Below the pieces are notes generated by a model. The model worked only from the letters and a program-made list of their open reading frames with translations. It was not told the DNA's origin and searched no databases. Positions 55,577 through 64,000 of a DNA stretch of 64,000 bases are shown here, in pieces. The DNA is from Octopus vulgaris (lineage: Eukaryota), in the NCBI GenBank assembly GCA_951406725.2, contig OX597814.1, forward strand, positions 187,674,001 to 187,738,000, given 5' to 3'. The translations under genes were made by a program, and so were the position numbers. The first letter of the stretch is position 1. Every line of letters begins with the position of its first letter.

Positions 55577-58385
55577 CTAGGAAGAAAAGAAAGAAAAAAT
55601 AGATTAACAGAAGAAATCAGTTTTGAGTATGTTTATCAGATAACAGGATGGGATTTTTGTTATCGGAGAAGGAGAGAGAAAAAGAGTGAAAGAGTGAGAG
55701 CCTGGGTGGTAGAGTGGTATATAGAGTGATATAGAGAGCTATTGCCTGCTTTAAAGACGTAATAGTAGTTGGGTTGAGATGATGTCTTGTTGGTGGTTGG
55801 TTGGTGCGCGCCTCTTCTTGGCAAAGGCTCGGCCAAGTCACGAGAAAGAAATTAACAGAAACCAAAAGCATCTCTTTCTCTTCGATTATTATTATTATTA
55901 TTATTATAAAGTTTTTACCTCATTCCAGTATGCATTCGTTTCAATTATGTGTCTATGTGCGTGCGTGTGCGCATGATTGTTAAGGGTGGGGGTATATCTG
56001 TGCCGTATATATGTGTGTACGAGAAAATGCAAAACACGCACACACAGACACAATATACACAGCTATCAAGAAAGTTGAGTTTATTTAGTAAGATAATACA
56101 TTGTATAGAAAGATATATATGTATACAGATATATATCTATATTGTGTATGTGTGTGTGTCTATAGATACAAGTATTGATACACACGAAGTACGGAGGTTT
56201 AAGCCAGCTATAGATAGATTCATACATACATTCATGGATACATAGATGTAGATATTTAATACAGTACATATTTATAGACATTGCAGAGTGTGTACATTCT
56301 TAAATAGGTTATATGTACTGTAAATGCATGAGAGAGAGAGGAAGTTATATTCATAAATAGACTGTGTACAGTGAATAGGTACATACCTAAGAGACTATAT
56401 ATATATATATATATGTATGTACATATATATGTGTGTGTATGAATAGACGCGCTTATATATATATATATATACGGTAAATTTATATCGTATATAGACGCAT
56501 ACTCACATACGTAGATACACACACACACACAAATATGTATATATATATATATGTATGCATATATATATATATATATAGTCGCTTTCGTTATACAATAACA
56601 ATGAATAAAACTAAATTTGTCTATAGAAAGATATACAGATTATATATATATACATACATATATATGAGAGAGAGAGAGAGAAAATAATATATGAATATTA
56701 AATATATATTATATGTATATTCAATTGTCTGCGCGCGTGTGTAATCCGTGTCGTTAAAGTAGGCATAAATTCGCATCATTAATGTTGATTTTTCACGTTA
56801 AATATTCATGATTTCAAATTGACTGGTGTTTTGGTACACAACAACTAATGAAAAATTTTAATTATTATTTACCCCTCCTATCTAATGTCTGACATTTTAA
56901 TAGTGTTTGTTTAATTATGACAATTAACTAGAGGTGAGGAAATCGTGTGTATTGCCAACTTATTAAAATAACTACTTTAAAAAAAATCTAGTAGTTCCTA
57001 ACTAATTAACCCTTTTAATTGTTTTATTATAATTAAAGAGCGGTGGCGTTGGCTACGACAGTAGACAGCCGGAATAAATATAATGAAGTATTTTGCTTTT
57101 TAACCCACTACCTTCCGTGTTCGAATCCTGCTTGGTGTAGGATTTCTTTTCCTCACACCCAATTCAATAAAATAAGTACCAGTAATATTTTGGTATCGAA
57201 TCAATCGACCACACTCCTACATAAGTTGGCCTCGTACCTAGTCGAAAAGAAATCAGTGTTATGGGTCAGTAGTGTTGGTGCGTTACCAGCGACTTGGTGC
57301 AAGACCGCGCGGCTTTATTATTACTACTTTTTTTCCCCTTTGAAATTTTGCGCCTTGGGCAACTGCTCCTGTGACCCCGCCTACGCTATACTACTATTAA
57401 AAGTTTTCAGGTCTTTCTTTTCTCCTGGATAAACAAAAGAAAAAGGTGGAGAGTTAAAAGAAATCAAGAATACCGGTCTTTGTTACTGTTTCAAATTCTC
57501 TCAGCATCGATTTTTTTTTCATGAACTTCGGTCATTTTCATCCGAGCAACAAAAAGTCAAAATTATTAAAAACTAAAAATTCATGGATTTTTAAGAAACA
57601 AAAGTGGTGAGAGAAAAACTACACTTCTACATATCGAGATCTGATCGAATAGACCTCTAAATGAAAGAAACTGCAGCCGCCGTAACCATCCCTTCTTATG
57701 GTTATATAAAACTATATTATCTAATATACGCTTTCTTAATTAAGGATGATTGAGAATGATATGAGGGAGATTTGGCTGCTATTTCTAACAGACAAATCAT
57801 TACGTAAGCTGTCCCTTGTGGATTTAGAAAGCTGATGTTTTTCAGTTGTCATTGATCTTAATCACTGTGTGTGATATAAGCTTGAATGGTGGGGGAACGA
57901 GAGGCGCGGTTACGTAATTCATGCAAATAGATATACATCTAAGTACTCTTAAACACTTTTTTTCTATGTTATACGCTTATTAATAGGAATGCATTTACAA
58001 CTATGCCCTTCGCATAGATTACACGCATTAATATCTTGTAAGAGAGCGCAAGCACCATAATTTACGGAAGTTAAACTCCTGTCGAAAAATGTTCAACGCT
58101 GAAGTTGATAAGATGCCAAACAACTATTTGAGAAATCTGTAGTTTCTATCATCCCTCAAATGTCAGTTATCCTACTCTACAAGTAGGTACTATAAGATTG
58201 TATAATTCGTTGCACTATAATTCATTAATTTACATCGAGTCCAGTTCTTCCCATCAGAAAAGTCACGGGCAATAGATGAGTATTATATCGAAGACGTTTG
58301 TCTCGTCCAATTAACCCAAGAAAGTTTTAAGTTGTGATTCAGTGAATTACACCAGTCCATAAAGGTTTCTTGTACTTTTTTCTTA

Positions 58386-58541
58386 TTGTATTTTCCAGCA
58401 TACGAGTCGAATTTTTCAGACCAAAATTTACGGCCACAAATGATAGATCGACTTATACACCAAAGCGCCTTCGGATGTCTTAGAAAGGCAGTGACTGTTT
58501 GAATGTTTACACTTTCTTGATTTGTATGCCAGAAAATACGG
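58386..58541. mobile_element. Tc1/mariner (Tc2/pogo-like) MITE
   Basis: TA|TTGTATTTTCCAGCATACGAGTC ... GATTTGTATGCCAGAAAATACGG|TA. Confidence 0.75.
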
Positions 58542-59008
58542 TAATCATTCCCGCTAAGCCAAAACAATAACTCATTTTTCAATTCCAAAAGCATAAAGGC
58601 CATTGCATCCTTTCCTCTTTGCTTTATCTCAAGTCAGTAAGAGTGATCATTTTGTCAATGTATGACTATCTCAAAGTACAAAAGATCAAGCATTTAATTC
58701 AGTTTACTGTGTTGTGAAGCTTATAGTTACATATGTCTATATTCCAATGTGTGGTTACATAGATATACGCATACAATCTGTCTGTAGTCAGTGTTTAGTA
58801 GTGAGTGATACAACAGCTATAGATATGGCGATTTGCAGAACAGTTCTTATGGAATTTCTTTGCAAACTCAGATTATAAAATATTAAAATTTTCCAAATTG
58901 TTCAATGTTCTTGAGATTGGATGGTGTTGTTCACATAACCGGATTGCTATCATTAAACAATGTGGCATGAATAAATCTAATAAATGTTTATGTGTGTGTA
59001 TGTATATA

Positions 59009-59291
59009 ATCATCATCATCATCATCATCGTTTAACGTCCGTTTTCCATGCTAGCATGAGTTGGATGGTTCGACCGGGGTCTGGGAAGCCAGCAGGCTGC
59101 ACCAAGCTCCAGTCTGATCTGGCAGTGTTTCTACAGCTGGATGCCCTTCCTAACACCAACCACTCCATGAGTGTAGTGGGTGCTTTTTACATGCCACCAG
59201 CACAGGTGCCAGGGGAGGCAGGTAACGGCCATGATCGGTTGGTGCTTTTTATGTGCCACCGGCATGGAAGCCAGTCAAGGCGGCGCTGGCA
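59009..59291 (-). mobile_element. (GAT)n-tailed RTE-like SINE, truncated
   Basis: Homologous to 3893-4229. Confidence 0.85.
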
Positions 59292-59500
59292 TATATATAT
59301 ATAGAGAGAGAGAGAGGAAAGAGACACATGTTTTTTTTTTAAAATGAAGGAAATCTAAAACACAAGAGAATAGCTGTAAAAATAGCTTAGGAAAAAGTGG
59401 CTAGCAAGCCACTGCAGAGAAATGAGCTCTGTACCTCCCAAATTCTAGTTTTTATATTGGCAACTAAAGTGAGATCACAGCCACACATGTCTGGCTCTGT

Positions 59501-60091
59501 TAAGAATACCCCTGATGCATTGGCAATATGATATGCTTGAGAAGGCCTACTGAGTCAAGTAAAACCAATATCGTAGCTGGGGCTGGGGCTGGGGCTGGGC
59601 CCCCTGACTGGCTCCTGTGTTGGTGGCACATAAAAAGTACCATCCGAATGTGGTCAATGCCAGGTCTGCCTGACTGGCTCTCATGCCAATGGTAAGTAAA
59701 AAGCACCAACCAGACTGGCTCCCATGCCGGTGGCATGTAAAAAACATGATCTGAACGTGGTCAATGCCAGGTCCGCCTGACTGGCTCCCATGCTGGTGAC
59801 ATGTAAAAAACACCAACCGATCGTGACTGATGCCAGTATCCCCTGACTGGCTCCTGTGCTGGTGGCACAAAAAATGCACCATCCAAATGTGATCGTTGCC
59901 TGACCTGTGCTGGTGGCATGTAAAAAGCACCCATTACACTCTTGGAGTGGTTGTTGTTAGGAAGGACATCCAGTTGTAGAAACTTTGCCAGATCAGATTG
60001 GAGCCTGGTGCAGCCACTGGATCTCCAGACCGCAGTCAAACCGTCCAGCCCATGCCAGCATGGAAAACGGATGTTAATCAATGATGATGAT
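59501..60091 (+). mobile_element. (GAT)n-tailed RTE-like SINE with six internal units and part of the 5' body
   Basis: TGCTTGAGAAGGCCTACTGAGTCAAGTA shared with the 62975-63002 region; six GGTGGCA(C/T)GTAAAAAGCACC-like units; tail CATGGAAAACGGATGTTAATCAATGATGATGAT. Confidence 0.85.
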
Positions 60092-60107
60092 AATATATAA
60101 TATATAT

Positions 60108-60272
60108 GGGTGCTGGTTTAGCTGCATGGTAAGAAAGTGGCTTCCCAAAGACATGGTTCCAGGTTCAGTACCATTGCACAGCACCTTAGGCAAGTGTCTT
60201 CTATTGAAGCTTTAGGCTCGCCAAAATGTTGTGAGTGGATTTGGTAGAAGGAAACTCACAGAAGCCTGACGT
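60108..60272 (+). mobile_element. Family A SINE head
   Basis: GGTAAG...GGTTCAGTACC...GGCAAGTGTCTTCTA...GTGAGTGGATTTGGTAG. Confidence 0.75.
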
Positions 60273-60307
60273 ATGTATGTATATGTATGCATGTACATAT
60301 ATATATA

Positions 60308-60352
<45 letters not shown>

Positions 60353-60954
60353 GTGTATATTTATATGTGTATATTTATATGATGATGTGTATATATATAT
60401 ATATATGTTTATATATATACACATGCATATACACACACACATGTATATAAAAATGCAATAAGATATAATGATAAATACATTATATAAGTGGAGCTATAGC
60501 AATTAAAAACGAAAAAGGCAGAATACATAAATAAGGGTGCAAATAGCACCTGCAATTGCTAGAAATAAGAGCTAAAATATATAACTCGAATAGCCACACA
60601 AAATCACCAACCTCATGAGATGCTCAAGGGACTGCAAGCAGCAAGCCATAACATCTTTCCCCAACAAAATAAAACTTGCAGAATGAAGTAATTTGATAAC
60701 AACCTGTCATATGATTTTGAAAGGTAACCAATAAGGTTTCATTTCTCCTCAGGGGAATCTACAGTTTACTCCAAGTTAAAAAGTTAGCTTGCTTCCAATT
60801 AACCGATGAGAGGGGAAAAAACCCATTGAATAGTGAGCATTAAAATTCAAAATGGTTTGGCTGTGTATAAAAATACAATAAGATATTATAACAATAAATA
60901 TATTATAACATATGTGGCTATAGCAATTAAAAACCAGAAAGGTAGAATAGCACT

Positions 60955-61204
60955 GGTCTGACCAATAAGTATCTGGACTGTTGCCATAGTAACGAAGCTA
61001 AAACACACAGAGTAAAGCTACATGGCACAGGTTGTCCATGAACTCTGCGTTAATGTTCTAGCTTACTTCCGCTGTTTACAACAGTGCTTAGAAGGAAGAT
61101 GTGTAGTGTGTGATCGTCACATTGACCATGATAAAGCTGAGTAGAGAATCTGCACCAAATTTTGCCAAAAGCTTAGCAATACCTGCTCAAAGGCCTACAC
61201 AAAG
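60955..61204 (+). mobile_element. Decayed mariner 5' end with transposase N-terminus
   Basis: TIR-like GGTCTGACCAATAAGTATCTGGAC; from 61139 E*RICTKFCQKLSNTCSKAY resembles mariner EQRICIKFC.KLGK...ET. Confidence 0.7.
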
Positions 61205-61554
61205 TTTTCAATAAGTTTTAATTGGTCTTGACACAATCAAGGAGATCTTGTTCAACTAACTACTGAAATAGTTAGGTGGGCAATACCCCAATGCCTGCCA
61301 AATAACCATCAGGAAAACAAATGACTTGTCAGGTTTCACACAGCCTGTAAAGCTTACTTATTTCTTAAAATTCAGTTATGTGTTCAACATACTTCCTACT
61401 ATGCATTACTAACCTACTTACAATTACTTCTAACCACAAACAGATGATACTAGTTACTGTTCATTCCTCCTTAACTTTCCAAGCACAAGCCTAATCTGTT
61501 TGTAACTGAGACAACTTAAACAAGACTTGAAATGATTCTATGAATCAAAGAACT

Positions 61555-61921
61555 GGATCTTTACCTTTTGACCTACAGATTTAAAAAATAATTTTTTGTA
61601 ACTAAACACTTTCAAACTGGTAGAATGCGTCATATAAAGCATGTTTTACTGTTAGCATTTTTGAGAAAAACTTATATTTACAAAGTTATTTCATGTTAAA
61701 ACTCTCGTATTTTGGTAATTTCAACGAATCAATGACGTGTATTCAGCTGAATAAAATTACAAGAACTTTAACGTGAAATAACTTTGTAAATATAAGTTTT
61801 TCTCAAAAATGCTAAGAGTAAAATATGTTTTATATGACACATTCTACCAGTGTCCGAAATTTGAAAGTGTTTAGTTATAAAAAATTATTTTTTAAATCTG
61901 TAGCTCAAAAGGTAAAGATCC
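61555..61921. mobile_element. Long-TIR MITE, Merlin-like
   Basis: ~145-bp TIRs GGATCTTTACCTTTTGA... / ...TCAAAAGGTAAAGATCC; flanks AAAGAACT vs AAGGGACT (6/8 match, probable 8-bp TSD). Superfamily inferred from GG..CC ends and TSD length. Confidence 0.8.
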
Positions 61922-62015
61922 AAGGGACTTGACATACTCTACACTTGCTATGGAAACAACCTCGCCCTATATAGTCTCCTTACCCATGAACAATACCTAA
62001 CAATACCTAACAATA

Positions 62016-62420
62016 GGCGCAGGAGTGGCTGTGTGGTAAGTAGCTTGCTAACCAACCACATGGTTCCGGGTTCAGTCCCACTGCGTGGCATCTTGGGCAA
62101 GTGTCTTCTACTATAGCCCCGGGCCAACCAATGCCTTGTGAGTGGATTTGGTAGACAGAAACTGAAAGAAGCCTGTCGTATATATGTATATATATGTATG
62201 CGTGTGTGTTTGTGTGTCTGTGTTTTTCCCCTTAGCATTGCTTGACAACCAATGCTGGTGTGTTTACGTCCCTGTAACTTAGCGGTTCGGCAAAAAGAGA
62301 CCGACAGAATAAGTACTGGGCTTACAAAGAGTAAGTCCCGGGGTCGATTTGCTCGACTAAAGGCGGTGCTCCAGCATGGCTGCAGTCAAATGACTGAAAC
62401 AAGTAAAAGATAAAGATAGA
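62016..62420 (+). mobile_element. Family A tRNA-headed SINE, young full-length copy
   Basis: Near-identical to 16949-17328 with complete tail GGCGGTGCTCCAGCATGGCTGCAGTCAAATGACTGAAACAAGTAAAAG. Confidence 0.9.
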
Positions 62421-62520
62421 ACTGAATCTCTCAATCAATGAACTTTTGTCATCTGTCAAAGATGGTCTGTGTTTCTGGACCTAGAAAGTTCCTATCCCAA
62501 GGTGTAGACGTTTTATCATT

Positions 62521-62720
62521 TATCTTTTACTTGTTTCAGTCTTTGAACAGTGGCCATGCTGAGGCACCATCTTGAAGGGTTTAGTAAAAAAAAAATTGAC
62601 ACCAGTACTTATTTTTAAACCTGATATTTATTCTATTGGTCTCTTTTTTTGCCAAACTGCTAAGTTACTGGGATATAAGCAAATCAACTCTTGTTCCCAA
62701 ATGTTGGTGGGAGACAAAGA
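62521..62720 (-). mobile_element. 3' half of a family A SINE (5' half at 63668-63780), split by nested insertions
   Basis: CTTTTACTTGTTTCAGTC...GGCCATGCTG...GGTGGGAGACAAA is the reverse complement of the family A tail up to its microsatellite. Confidence 0.75.
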
Positions 62721-62724
62721 CCAA

Positions 62725-62880
62725 CAAAGTGTAGTATCTGTTCTTATCAGCTTAATATCTGATACGGTCCCTATTTGGGGCCATCAATATTTAAGTGATT
62801 TTTAGAAGTGCTAAGGGCTTGCTCCACCTTTGCCACGGATTGGCCTGGTATTGCAGTGCTTCTAGGATTCAGCGCATCTC
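62725..62880 (+). pseudogene. U2: U2 snRNA-derived sequence, 5'-truncated (lacks ~27 nt including stem I)
   Basis: CAAAGTGTAGTATCTGTTCTTATCAGCTTAATATCTGATACG; branch-point recognition GTAGTA (62731-36); stem IIa TATCAG/CTGATA; stem IIb GGTCCC/GGGGCC; mutated Sm site GATTTTTAG; SL III GCTTGCTCC; SL IV CCTGGT-ATTGCAGT-GCTTCTAGG. Confidence 0.93.
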
Positions 62881-63293
62881 CCACCCAGCACACAACCGGC
62901 CCCAGCCCATTCGAAGTACCTTGGATCGCAGGTCGGCCTGCGGTGCTTACCTTGGATCGTGGGGCGACCTGCTGTGCTTGAGGAGACCTATTGAGTCAAG
63001 TACATCAATATCAAAATAAAAATCAAATGGAATTGTAGTTGTGATACCCGTGCTGGTGGCATGTAAAAAGCACCAATCGATTGTGGCTGTTTCCAGCCTC
63101 CTCTGGCCCCTGTGCCAGTGGAACATAAAAAGCACCCACTACACTCACAGACTGGTTGGCATTAGGAAGGGCATCCAGCTGTAGAAACACTGCCAGATCA
63201 GAAGAGTCTGGTTCAGCCTCCTGGCTTCCCAGACCCCAGTTGAAGCGTCCAACTCATGCTCGCATGGAAAACAGATATTAAACAATGATGATG

Positions 63294-63295
<2 letters not shown>
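62881..63295 (+). mobile_element. Body and tail of (GAT)n-tailed RTE-like SINE directly downstream of the U2 segment
   Basis: Two internal units, AGGAAGGGCATCCAGCTGTAGAAAC and CATGGAAAACAGATATTAAACAATGATGATGAT tail. Confidence 0.85.
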
Positions 63296-63330
<35 letters not shown>

Positions 63331-63411
63331 GACATATACATATAGACACACATATACATATATATACATGTACACGTACACAAACACACACACATACACA
63401 CACACACACAT

Positions 63412-63632
63412 GTAAACTGACACTCTGTTGGTTACAACAAGTGTTCCAATTGATCAATGGAACAGCCTGCTCATGAAACTAACAAAACTAACATACAAAA
63501 TTACAGGCACAACTCATTTTTGCCAGCTGAATGGACTGAAGTAAAGTGTCTTGCTTAAGGACACAATGTGCCACTAGGAATCGAACTCATGACCTCTTCA
63601 TCATGAACTGAATACCCTAACCACCAAGCCAC
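63412..63632 (-). mobile_element. tRNA-headed SINE (third nested element)
   Basis: Minus strand GTGGCTTGGTGGTTAGGG A-box, GAGTTCGATTCC B-box, GTGTCCTTAAGCAAGACACTT core. Confidence 0.75.
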
Positions 63633-63667
63633 TTGCTTTCACATATACATACACATACATATATTTT

Positions 63668-63780
63668 TGATGGACTTCTTTCAGTTTCCATCTACCATAT
63701 CCACTCACAAGGCTTTGGCCAGGCTGGGATTAAAGTGGGAGACACTTGTGCAAAGTGCCATGCAGTGGGACTAAACCCAG
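63668..63780 (-). mobile_element. 5' half of the split family A SINE
   Basis: CTTCTTTCAGTTTCCATCTACC...ATCCACTCACAAGGCTTTGG...GCAGTGGGACT. Confidence 0.75.
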
Positions 63781-64000
63781 TCTGCCATACTGGACTGTTG
63801 TTATCTTATCAACTTCAAAAGGATAAAGCTCAAAGTTGACCTCAGTAACATTTGAACTTGGACACATTACTGCAAAATATTTTGTCTAGCATTCTAACAA
63901 CTTTGCAAATTCACAAAATTCACAAGTTGCTGCAGATAAGCATTAAACCTCACAATCTTTAATGAGCACTTCTGGTGAGCTCACATATAACATCACTAAA

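Larger units (their letters stand above)
48000..58800. promoter_or_regulatory. CpG-retaining (putatively unmethylated) promoter domain
   Basis: CG dinucleotides are visibly frequent in unique sequence here and scarce on both sides except in young SINEs; few SINEs; GA-rich tracts. Judged by eye, boundaries approximate. Confidence 0.6.

Noticed and set aside
58283-58603. 106-aa minus-strand ORF
   Set aside because: Half of it is a TA-flanked MITE; in-frame stop shortly upstream; no recognisable domain.
59600-59935. Repeat-spacer pattern resembling a CRISPR array
   Set aside because: Eukaryotic SINE interior; spacers are mutually homologous; no cas genes.
60735-60756. CTGAGGAG..GAAAC hammerhead-like core on the minus strand (similar traces near 27595 and 44000)
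   Set aside because: Stem I or the core cannot be completed.
62725-62880. Functional U2 gene, or a Keno/Utopia U2-target insertion site
   Set aside because: The 5' ~27 nt are missing, the Sm site is mutated, SL III is partly deleted, and the upstream flank is a SINE rather than an snRNA promoter or a LINE 3' end.
14415-63476. Many ORFs rich in YI, HT, CV dipeptides (e.g. 14443, 18837, 33246, 41921, 42884, 43090, 44975, 50521)
   Set aside because: Translations of (TA)n, (CA)n and (TG)n microsatellites.

Overview
AT-rich, microsatellite- and SINE-dense eukaryotic DNA. The repeat families suggest an Octopus genome (inference from recalled repeat families, not a database hit). No host protein-coding exon can be identified, and nearly all ORFs in the track are microsatellite or transposon artefacts. 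The left ~52 kb looks like the CpG-depleted, intron-dominated 5' part of a large minus-strand gene. Candidate non-coding exons lie at ~52.9-52.2 kb, 36477-36394 and from 17981 downward. A ~10 kb CpG-retaining promoter-like domain (~48-58.8 kb) follows, then CpG-depleted DNA again. Mobile elements include tRNA-headed SINE families, a (GAT)n-tailed RTE-like family with an internal ~60-bp variable tandem unit, relics of R4/Dong, HERO, CR1-like and mariner elements, Helitrons, and hAT, piggyBac, Tc1/mariner and Merlin-like MITEs. The most notable observation is at 62725-63295. There a 5'-truncated but structurally recognisable U2 snRNA is fused in the same orientation to the body and tail of the (GAT)n family and nested as one unit inside an older SINE: a candidate U2-headed SINE (SINEU-like) in a mollusc.
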